From assembly GCA_002633005.1 (NCBI GenBank), contig NMRA01000091.1:78275-142274 (forward strand): a stretch of 64,000 bases of DNA. Direction: 5' to 3'. Made by a program: the position numbers and the translations under genes. This DNA comes from Phoronis australis (Eukaryota; Animalia; Phoronida). Shown one piece after another: positions 54,131 through 64,000 of the stretch; positions within the stretch are counted from its first letter, which is position 1; each line of letters opens with the position of its first letter. The notes under the pieces are model-generated. The model saw only the letters and a list, made by a program, of their open reading frames with translations, did no database searches and was not told the origin of the DNA.

Positions 54131-54732
54131 ACGTTGACGTTTATCACTGAGCGTTCTGTTTCAAAATGAATTATTCTCACCCAAACTAATACTTATATAA
54201 AACTGAAACAAAGTCTGTCTCATTAGATGTAATGCCTTTGGAGTGTTCCTGAGTGCAAACATGATTTGAGAAGCCAGCAATGAATAAATCCCTGCGTTAC
54301 CGGCTTTAAGTGCAATAAAACTAATTGACGGGACACCGAGGCCGTGTTGTGTGGAATGAATTGGGAGAGCAAAAGTGATAACTGGTTCGTGTAAGGTTAA
54401 AAGAACAACTGGTTTTATTTGCACGGAAACTACAATATAATAATACAGTCATGCAGCCACGTGTAGTAATCACGTGGTACGAGTAGGAGGAGTTAAACTA
54501 ACCAATAGTATTAAACGTGTAGGTGGGCCCAAATAAGGCACAATTCTCAGAACAGATAAAATCATCAAGAAGTCATTCTTGACATGTGTGAGCCCATGCT
54601 AATTTAGTGTTAGATGGCAGAAACTGTTGTGAAACAACTAGATTTCCATCCCACGGCCAGGTGTTAGGGGAATCTTTATTTATATTTACATTATTCAAAT
54701 ACTGATTGTCAATGTACAGCTTCTGCCCTGAC

Positions 54733-54969
54733 CATGCGCGCACCCAGGGGGGCTCGAACGAGCTAGGGCAAAGTGGCGAAGTGGACAAAAAGGTCCGCCT
54801 GTGGGAAACAAAAAAGTCCGAGAAAATGAGACTAAAGTCCTCTAAATAAGCACAATCGCGCAGTTCACAATGGTGCCACGTTTTTTTAGCTCACCCGCTT
54901 TTTTGTTACCAAAAGGTCCACAACGTCAGAAATTCGAGCCACACATATTGAAGGCTGGGTGTGAGCATG
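54733..54969. mobile_element. CA...TG MITE with 5-bp TSD (CTGAC), nested in the 5.9-kb element
   Basis: CATGCGCGCACCCAG...CTGGGTGTGAGCATG; CTGAC on both sides; AAAAGGTCC motifs. Confidence 0.8.
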
Positions 54970-56289
54970 CTGACGGTGCTGTGGACAAAGCGGAATCTGA
55001 ATTCGCGGCCCCGACGAGTAAGTAGGTTTGCAGTTCCGTGGCTATTCACCAACACAATCACGTGCACATTAATTACTTTGGCTCACTAGTATAGTATTTT
55101 CCTGACTACAAGTTTAGTTTCCAACTTTGGCTGGTTTATGGTCGTGATGTCTGATCAGTTTCCGAGCCACTGGTCGGGATAACGAGTCAGTCCGGCCGGC
55201 CGCGACGGGCCTGACCGGGCTCCGGCCGAGCCACTGGCCAGGATAACGAGCGTTTTGCGTGTTTAGAACTCAAAAAATCACAATTCTAAACAACACAGAA
55301 TAGGTTCTCCTGTCTGTATCTCACGAAAAATACTTCGAATTTATCTCCGAAAAGACCCCAAACTCCTGCTACCGGACCTTATTGGCCTGCCGAACCGTTG
55401 TAGGCTACGGCCGTGTCCAAATACCAATAAATCCGTAACAGCAAAATAAAACAACACGTTTTTATACGAACTCGGTGTATTTTTAAGGGTTTTACATCGA
55501 AGTTTGATGATTTATTGGTGTAAAACGATGAATTCAAGCGATAAGCTGACACCAGTAACCCGTGTTGTGAACTGCTGAACAGACTCCGTGTGAAACCAAT
55601 TACGTCATTGGATAATTTGAAAACCTCAGTCTGCCGTCAGGTGTTAGGTAACGCAACCGCGCGTGCCGTTATGGAGTAGAACTACTCGATCTAAATTGAT
55701 ACAAATTAGGTTGTTTTTGGGTGGCAAGCTCCTTTAATACGCTCCGCAAAATTTTTGCTGCACAAATTTTCTCGAATTTTCGAAATACATTTATGAATGG
55801 TTAAGTGCACATTTTTAAGAGCGCTTAGACGACCTATGCTGCAAAAACGGAGACCCTAACAACAATTGTCCTGGTCAGGGCCCTCAAATGGTAAACCATA
55901 CACTGATACCGAGTTTCCAAAGTTCTATTGAGTTTTCACTCTGATCAGTATTCGAAGTCTTTCCTTTTTGTCTTTCCCCATCCCCACACCTTTGTCGGTT
56001 GCCATCATCATGGTTTAACCCTGAGGCATCCAATTTTTTGGGGGTGGCACTCGCCCTCCCCCCGCTTACTAAGGTCCTGATGCAAGGAGTCCATCGTTGG
56101 TCCAAGGTCAATGTTGTGTTTCAACACGCACTCGTTGTATAGCTTGAGCATTAAATTAAAGGTTTAAGAAATACAGGAGCAGTTTTGCGCATTTAATTGT
56201 GCGTGTAAAAGGTTTTATGGATTCGTACCGAATTTGTTGCTGCAACTTGTCTCATGGGCCTGTACCCGGCGCGTGATCACAAATGTGGA

Positions 56290-57300
56290 CACTAATTCGG
56301 CTATTGCGCAAGTCGACTGTAGCAAGGTGGCCAGTGAAAATGTAAGGCAGCAGGCCAGTGGGCGTGTGTGCTTTCTAGTCTCTTATTATGAAAACCATTG
56401 AAGGCAATTATCAGCACCTGCAAACAAGAATTTTGAAGTATGGAGAATTTCAACAGGAGTTTGCTGTAGACTTAGTCGCGAAGCTGCAGACATTCCAGCC
56501 ACGGTTACTGTCGGTCCTTTGAAGCAATTATAGCACATATATACGATTTTTTAAGAATGGCAAGGGTGCGTTTTGTGTTGACGGAAATGTCCATTGCGTC
56601 GAGGAATCTGAGGCATTTAATGATGAACAACTGTTGTGGCTTAATTTGGAAAAACACTTAGCAAAACTAACTTCCAAGTATGCATACTGTGGCGGAATTA
56701 AGAAATACGATTATGGCAGTGTTAACTGTAGCAGAGCCACAAAGTGTGCTAAAATGGTAGGAAATTAGGCATAACATTTCTGTAGCAGATAAAAGGTTGA
56801 TTGGCGCAGGAAAAGGCCGAGGTCTTCAATGCTCAGAAAGATTTCGGCAGGCAAGAGACTTGCCAAGAAAATGACACAGTTGAGTCCGGGCATTCTAAAG
56901 GAAAGAACTGCAGCCAATTCCAGTTACTCGGTGCAACTTCTCTCACCCGACGGCGTTGTTTCACGATACCGCAACCTCAAACAACGTCAAAGAAACGAAA
57001 CGCGTAGGGTGAGATATTTCAGAGTATTAATATTTATTCTTGGATACAGGTGTCCAACTCAAAATGAATAACCCACGGTCATTCTTTATGCCGATAGCAA
57101 TGTTTTCGCCAACTGAAGAAGAACAGGAATCATAGACATCCCGCGCGCTCCGTCTATGGTTCTGACATTTCAAACTTTCAACACGATAGGTAGCCGCTGA
57201 AAGTTCGATGTTGACCTCATTCTAATCTTCTCTGCAATCCACAGTCTGGGGACGAAAACAATTCAAATCCGCTCCTCGAAATAGGGCTTGCTTAGCTGGA
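56290..57300. pseudogene. Highly decayed DDE-transposase-like fragments (Kolobok / 'Mutator-like transposase' type), apparently on both strands
   Basis: By-eye motif remnants. Plus strand: QWACVL..KP, CVDG...EAFN...LLWLNLEK, a basic tail and ENDTVESGH. Minus strand: CSSSVGENIAIGIKNDRGL, RFFDV and AVG*EKLHRVTGI. Many stops and frameshifts. Confidence 0.3.
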
Positions 57301-58542
57301 ATTCAGAACTGGGGTCATGAGAGTGTTTTCACCTCCTGATTGCGAAGCGATCGAGTTAGCTGTGGTCTCTTCATCAGCGCGTGCTCTCAGCGGGAGGTCA
57401 CCGCTTTATGCACTCGAGGGCTCGACAACAACTAAACTGACGAGAGTCTCAGAACTCCCACATGCAAATTTGATATGCAAATGAGGGAGTTCTTGACTAC
57501 TGCGCCATCTATACATCGATGGAAAAGCTTAAATACCCGTGACTGCGTGTGGGAAATTGCGATTGCGTGCGCTGAAGTCGATATTTTCAAAGTACAATTA
57601 CACCACTGTTTACGGTTGAAAAGTGAGTTTTTTTGATATCCTTCTATAGGAAAAGCTTTAATCTCTCTCTGATAAAATCATCTGTTTCCTTTTAAACGAA
57701 ACTTAAGTCCTCAAATTAGTCCGGGGAAGGAGGCCAAAAACGGCGGTTTAGGTAGTTGTCCCTTCCTGGTTATCTCTTCCTGCCTATATGTATATTCCCC
57801 CAGAATGGCCAAAAGGAGGCGGGTAAATTGCTGTCGGACGGTCTGTCGTAAATATCAATAATTAATTGTTATTGGTGAACTTGGCGATTAAATAAAACCT
57901 TATCGAGTGCATTGTTCATCTTCAGTCCAGTTTCTCCCGCAGAGCATTACAGACAGCTTTCTTTCCGCTCTTCTATCAACTTGCGCTCAGTGGAGTTCAA
58001 GTTTAGGTCATTGGTTTTCTATTGACAATATATCATACTTTGGGCAACATAAAAAACCTTTCCGCGATAATTATTAAAGAATGTGCCAACACTTGGCTTT
58101 GGGGATTTTTTGGTACCCAGGTCCCTGGTCGTGATTCATTTCCGCTGTATAAAACATGCAAAGAATCGGTTTATTTTGGATTTCGTCTGCCTTAAGCCGC
58201 TTTTACACGAGAGACACTGATCATCATGTCACTTGTCACGGCTTGACTTACTTGACTTTAGTCGCCAAATCTGGTTCAGCAACTTTTAAGAAAATTCACT
58301 ATTGAGCAAAAACGTGTAGCAGGGTCAACAGCTAGCATTCTCTGTCAATCACAACGGGCTCAAAAATCGTAGCCTTCACGTGCACCGTAAAACGCAAAAG
58401 TTCAACCATCCCAGGGTGGTTAATTTGTAATTTAATTGGTAGACTCGGAAAAGATAATGTGTGCCACTACATTAGTCTGTCCTTATATAGTAAGAGGGTA
58501 TATCTCCAGCAGTGATCTTGACGGCGACAACTGTAACCCCAT

Positions 58543-58708
58543 CAGGAGCGGATCCAGGATTTTGAGTTGGGGGGCTGGAACAAAGTATTAGCCAGGATTT
58601 TGCCCGTCATACAGTCGCACCCCGAACTGCCAAATGGAATAAGGGAGAATTTTAGAGGGCTTTGGCCCCCTTGCCCCCTCCCTACCCTCAACCCCTATAT
58701 CGCCACTG
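58543..58708. mobile_element. CA...TG MITE with 5-bp TSD (CCCAT/CCCAC)
   Basis: CAGGAGCGGATCCAGGATTTTGAGTT...ATCGCCACTG; same family as 40176-40473. Confidence 0.8.
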
Positions 58709-59329
58709 CCCACGGTTAACTGCTCGATACGATTCGTCAACAACACTTCATCTTGCGTATTAAAGAGCTTTTCAGATTGTTTTCAATTAAGTAATTGTAA
58801 AACCTTGTTTTCCACGTAGTTTCCTAGAGACTAGTCAAAATTGCCGCAATCCATGTATTCTGATGATAAATGATTTTTAAAAGGTCAAACCTTTTTTCTG
58901 CCCGAGATCTTGTATTGCTCTCTAATTCAGTTGATAGCCAGTATCAATACTTTGATCGAGTTCTCGTGATTTTGTTGAAATTTCATGGGTTTTGTCTGAA
59001 GAAATATCCAACTTTCAGTTCTTCCAGAGCACATAAATGACTTCCAAACTGAGTAAGACATCAAATGAAACCATTTTTATACCGGAAATTGCCCTAAATT
59101 GATGTTTTTTGACAGAAAGCTCGGTTTTAATGCCGCTGTACAGCTACAGCATATTTTGTGTTCAGCAGTCCACGCTTTCAGTGGTTTTTGGGTTTTACCT
59201 ATATAGGATTCATCACATTCATAAAGGACTTGGTAGGTGACGTTCATCTTTTTGTACCTTGTCTGTCTTTGGTTTGGCTTTGGTCCGTAGTCCTCCTTAG
59301 GCTACAAGAAATATACAAGTACAGCAAAT

Positions 59330-59392
59330 TTCCGTCGAAGTGGTGAGAGTGCTTAACTGACAACCGAAAGTTCCATAGTTCAAATCCCCAAC
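59330..59392 (+). mobile_element. Degenerate tRNA-derived SINE head
   Basis: A-box-like ...GAAGTGGTGAGAGTGC and B-box-like AGTTCAAATCCC with tRNA-like spacing; no full cloverleaf. Confidence 0.35.
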
Positions 59393-60151
59393 ATGAGCGT
59401 TCCAGATACCCGTTTAAGTTCTTCTAAGAACGTTGTGAAGTTGGACGGAAACTGACCGGCCGAAACATCGTGTCGATGTAAATAGACAAGAGGCTGATGC
59501 AATAGATTTAAGACAAGTTGACAATACATCAACACGTCAAAGCAGTTTTAGGAAATTTCTCGGTAAAAGTGAACATACAATCAAAAACTCGTAATATCTC
59601 GCATAAAACTCACTTTTACCTCCTCAGAATCTTATTCTTGGAGCTCATCCAGTTGACATCATTTTTCTGACGAAGGTCACCCGCAAAGATGGGCGTCCGT
59701 GTTTACACACTCAAAGCAAATTTTCCACTGAGTGCAAAGTTAAGTTCTAGTAATACAAGGATGTGCAATCTCATGTTAACACGAATGATCTTAGTGAAGA
59801 ACAATGTCGCTGACGCACACTATAGCTTTTCAAATATTCCACCGATGAACGCGTCAAGGAGAACCTTTATTAAGTGGCTCTGCCCGTGAGGAGGCTACGA
59901 GTCCTAACAACAACAACTTAATGTCCATGTCAGCTCTAATATTAAGGCATTCCATATGCGCTCTTCTGAGGTTAAAATAAAGTTGTTTATTGACTTGTCC
60001 TCGTGTGTGCACCGCTCACATTTGGTGGAACTTAAAGTGTTCAACCTTCAACAAACTTAAAACGTTGAACCTCAGTGTCTTAAAACTAGTATCTTGGTTT
60101 GCTCAAAGTATTATACTGCCAGAGGAGTTTGTTCATAATCCTCTGTTTTAA

Positions 60152-61428
60152 AGGCGAAAGCAACCTTTTTCACTTAATTACAGCTTTTCGTAATTTGATT
60201 AATTTCTCGTCCTCTACTCCGGAAGTGACGTTTTGGGAGGCAAGAGTTTCGCGCCAATTTCTTTTCATTATAGTCTTGACTGTGAGAGCTGTGGAGTCAG
60301 TCATCGTTCTACCTCGGTTGTGATAACTTCGGTCGTCGTTTGCTTTTGTTTACAAGTCAGTCAACATGCCACCCTGTTGCTGCGTGCGGGGATGTACTCA
60401 TTATCGTCTCACACGCGCTTTGGGTACCTTGCGTCGCTTTCCGAAGGATGACACACTTCGCCGTACTTGGCTAGCTCGTTCATGTGAAGAACGCAGGGCT
60501 AGCCGTCCACGCAACGTACAAAGCAGTGGAGGGTTACCGAGTGTGTGGCAAGCATTTTCTGCCGTCAGATTATGACAGATATGTAAGCTGAATTGATGAA
60601 GGTCCCTGCGAAACAACGCCTGAAGAAGGGTACCATACCGTCGCTGTTGATTTCCGGCAGTGCCCCGTCGCCAACCCCGAGAAGTGCGTTTTTGAAGCGA
60701 GAAGCCTCGCGAGCTGTAGCCACTATATACAGTGACTGGAGGCACTTCATCTACTGTCACCCGTGCCTCCGAACGTACCCCATTGCGTGCAATTCCGGAA
60801 ACTAGCAGTGATTCGCCCTGTGCTGTTGTCTCTAGCCCAGAGCCTGTAAGCAGTCCTGCAGCGATGTTGAGTAGTGGGAGTGAATACAGGCCCAGTTCGA
60901 CACCCACTGTGAAGAGGACAGTTCGTCATCCAGTGAACAGATCGGTGAGCCTAAGTTTGATAAGTTTATTGTGGACTTGTATTGGAGCTATTTGGAAGGT
61001 GCCAGGTGTGTGGCGAGGAGTCACACGGCAGAAAGCAAGCAGTTTGGGTGCTCAGATCACACTTCATTGGGAGTGTGTCGCGGGACACTCGGGCAAGTGG
61101 GACAGTTCTTCTGTACGTGAGACGATAATGAGTACACCCCAGTACACAGCAACAGCGTGGCATGTTGACTGACTCGTAAGCAAAAGCAAACGACGACTGA
61201 ACCAATCACAATCGAGATAGAACAATGACTGACTCGACTGCTCTCACAGTCAGACTATATGAAAAGAAATTGGCGCGAAATTCTTGCCTTCCAAAACGTC
61301 ACTTCCGGAGTAGACGACGAGTAATTAATTAAATTACGAAAAGCAGTAAATAAGTGAAAAATATGTCTGGGATAATCAACGAACCTTATGTTTGCTAAAA
61401 ATGACATGAAAAAAGGTTGCCTTCGCCT
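60152..61428 (+). mobile_element. Kolobok-derived non-autonomous element with long inverted ends and TTAA TSD
   Basis: TTAA|AGGCGAAAGCAACCTTTTT...AAAAAGGTTGCCTTCGCCT|TTAA. Inverted homology spans about 60152-60413 and 61115-61428. Confidence 0.92.
60366..61110 (+). pseudogene. Frameshifted THAP-containing Kolobok transposase 5' portion
   Basis: Across frames: MPPCCCVRGC...RRFPKDDTLRRTWL / YRVCGKHFLPSDYD / RLKKGTIPSLL (a complete THAP signature), a Ser/Pro-rich linker, then CQVC / LGAQITLHWECVAGHSGKWDSS, the Cys/GH/W-x-SS region seen in Kolobok transposases. The catalytic DDE part is absent. Confidence 0.85.
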
Positions 61429-62447
61429 TTAAGGTATCGTACGCGTAAGCTTTTTTTCAGCTTGATGGCGCGCCTATCTCATTCTGTGAATGGATTTTTG
61501 TACCAATTAATATTTCTATTTTGACATATTTTGTACTTCATAATTTTATTTTGTATATGGATATCTAGAGTTTGTATTAAAGTTCTTCATTCATTCATTC
61601 AACTGATATTCTAAATGCATTTTTCGACACTGTGTCATGTAGAGAATATGTTAGACAACGATTCAGCTTGTTTACGGTTAAGCAGTTGCAAACCTCTGTT
61701 TTGTCTTGCTGTGAATTTGAGGGTCGGTTTCATAAAGAACAAGATAGAGTTCAATATGATGTCGCTAAGAAAACTGGTGTGATCACGGGTTCGATTGTAA
61801 TAAATGGCGATATTTCGTTTTGCGTGTTCTTGCGTTTTCGCGCGATTCCCCCTTCTACGAAACGCACGCCAGCATGGATGCAAAAACTGTGAGTGGTAAT
61901 AAATACACTTGAACCTCCATCTTGTACATTTAGAAGGTATGCAATAATTTTGTGTATCAATAAAGCACCCCACGGGAGTTTTGATTGTACAGTTTATTAC
62001 AGTTAATAGACAGTCGCAAAGTTTTATAAATGCGCATTGATATCACAATTCAGCTTTGATAGACGAGTTAAAGACCTAGGTTAGCGAGTAAGCTTTAAAT
62101 TTATTTCCATATTCAAGGTTCTAATGGGCAATAGCATCGCTAAGCAAAGACCTATTAACGAGTAGCCAACCATCGACTGTGGATGCTTTCGTGCATTTTC
62201 ACAATTTACTATAATGGCAGACACTTTTCAGTCGCTAATTGATCGCTTGGTTCCGTAATATGTCTGATAAATCCTGTCAACACGTATTTCCCAGATCAAA
62301 TAGCTTCTTGGCCATAATTTGCAGGCTCCTTTTAGTTAGATGACTTTTGTTGATCACAATAGTCAGGTGTGAAAAAACGCTCAGACGTTGACGCTGCATT
62401 AGTAGGGTCTGATAGAATCAGTTGACCACCGAGCCTAAGATGAGACA

Positions 62448-62530
62448 TTGTGGCTTAGTGGTTTGAGACCTGCGTTCAAATCCGAGATTGCACGAAGGTG
62501 TCTCCTACTCCTCTGAGCTCGGTCTCCCTA
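62448..62530 (+). mobile_element. Degenerate tRNA-derived SINE head
   Basis: A box TGGCTTAGTGG (62451) and B box GTTCAAATCC (62474), abnormally close together, suggesting an internal deletion. Confidence 0.4.
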
Positions 62531-63589
62531 GTGAGTGTACGCAACGGAGTGTATGACAACATGGATATAATGCGAAAGCGATTTCTGGGCTTACGCTCTT
62601 TCACAGTGCTACGAATAGTAGCACTGTCGAATGTTGTTTATCATGGTTTCTCATTGGTTAAAGTAATGAAACCGACGTTATAACATTCAGGAAACCCCTT
62701 TCAGTTCACTGTTACTTAGTATGGCGATCACCTTTGACTTGAATATAGTTGCAAATCATTAAAACGGGCAGTGATCGAAGTAATCAAAATCGAGATAACC
62801 CCGATCCATTGGCTTAAGCCAAACAAGTACAGCCTATAAACGCTTGTGCAAGTGGTAGCGATGTGATCGGTAGACTTCCGACCAAGGCACGCGCATTGAT
62901 GCCCACACACCGAATCCCGTGTGTCGTTCATCAGGTTTCCACATGGTCACTTTTCAGAATAGGTGGCGCTGTGTCAGATGGTATTTCTGGGGTGTGCTAA
63001 CAATATTGTACAACTGCAAAGCAGCTTTAGAGAAGTCAATATTTTCATTCCATTGAATGCTCCTTATTATCACTATTTTGCCACTTGCTCATTTCAGGAT
63101 TTTTATATTGTGTGAACTATAACTGTTTTTGAAAAAGTTGTATTTAATTTGTCAACTCTTAGTTAGCCTTTGTGAAAATTAAACGACTAGCCGTAGCCGT
63201 AGAACTTTCAAATTCAAACTAATAACTAGTACAATGCTAGTAGTATTACACTCATGTCACTTCCAGAGTAAATGTGTACCATAAAGAGTCCTGGAACGCG
63301 AGAAACGGACTATTTGAAAGTGATTCTCTGTCACTGAAACAGAATTCAACCTGCGCAGCCAGGTATTTTAGGGTTTGTTTGTAAATAATTTTAATTTTGT
63401 TGATATCAAACAATTCATTTTCTTTTAGTTTCAAATCTCGAAAAACGATCTGTCAGCTGCTCTCCACTTCGTCGATATTTTCCCACATGGCAAAGCACCT
63501 CCTTATTTGGTATGACAAGACATAGACGTAGCACATTTTCCTTATATAGAAAGTGTGACCTTTGACCTAAAGCGACTTCATGCAACAGC

Positions 63590-63814
63590 CTGTGAGCGCA
63601 TGCACTCATTTATCATAAGTTGGGGATTAGAAACCCTGTGGCAACCACAGAGCTTTTCCTTCGCGGGTATTTAAAAAGTCATGAATTTTGTGATTTTTCT
63701 TGGAAATTTCCTGAAACGGGAAGTGAATTGCTCTGTACTAGACGTTGTGAGATGCAATTTCGTCAGGAATTGTTTAAAAAATATTTTTGACGAGCTTTCG
63801 TGTTCCATGTCTCT
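63590..63814. mobile_element. Terminal fragment of the Kolobok-like family seen at 43396-44005
   Basis: Shared blocks CATTTATC, TTTTCCTTCGCG, TTTGTGATT, TAGACGTTG and TTTTGACGAGCTTTC; ends CT|TTAA. Confidence 0.7.
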
Positions 63815-63889
63815 TTAAGATTACGTTTCAGTGACATTACAATGGTTTAGACCATACAGTCAAAACTTGTCATTTTGTAACAAGTTTTG

Positions 63890-63935
<46 letters not shown>

Positions 63936-63951
63936 ACAACAACAACAACAA
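63890..63951. repeat. (CAA)n microsatellite
   Basis: Directly visible. Confidence 0.97.
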
Positions 63952-64000
63952 AGTTTGAATTTGTGAATATAGCGCCTGCACGTTTAGCAGAAGGCCCTGG

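Larger units (their letters stand above)
51863..57782. mobile_element. 5.9-kb non-autonomous DNA transposon with perfect 29-bp TIRs and 7-bp TSD
   Basis: TIR CAGGAAGAGATAACCAGGAAGGGACAACT (51863-51891) is the exact reverse complement of 57754-57782. CCTATAT flanks both sides (51856-51862 and 57783-57789). No intact transposase ORF inside. Confidence 0.92.

Noticed and set aside
60401-60907. 168-aa minus-strand ORF
   Set aside because: It is the antisense shadow of the plus-strand THAP transposase relic.
59330-62530. Possible tRNA genes at about 59330 and 62450
   Set aside because: A/B-box-like motifs are present but no acceptor stem or cloverleaf can be drawn; kept only as low-confidence SINE relics.

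Overview
Gene-poor, repeat-rich eukaryotic DNA, most likely from an invertebrate animal. This is inferred from the sparse coding content, microsatellites, THAP/Kolobok transposon remnants, MITEs and tRNA-SINE-like relics; the species cannot be determined from the sequence. The only confidently recognised host coding region is the C-terminal part of an MFS transporter (NFD4/MCH1-like) at 1-582 (+). Most of the ORF track is spurious. The best-supported structures are DNA transposons: (i) a 5.9-kb element at 51863-57782 with perfect 29-bp TIRs and a perfect 7-bp TSD, carrying decayed THAP, KolX/P2X7-C-terminus-like and transposase-like pieces; (ii) a TTAA-flanked Kolobok derivative at 60152-61428 whose two ends are both copies of the THAP-bearing end; (iii) an inverted pair of Harbinger-like MITEs at 8570-8965 and 10682-11082 that brackets a candidate exon; (iv) a set of CA...TG MITEs with 5-bp TSDs; (v) other TTAA, foldback and hairpin repeats. 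More tentative signals are a series of minus-strand exon-like segments (a possible large gene or alternative last exons) and a C-type-lectin-like motif near 45.8 kb. No CRISPR array, rRNA or intact tRNA gene was seen. All alignments and translations outside the supplied ORF track were done by eye.
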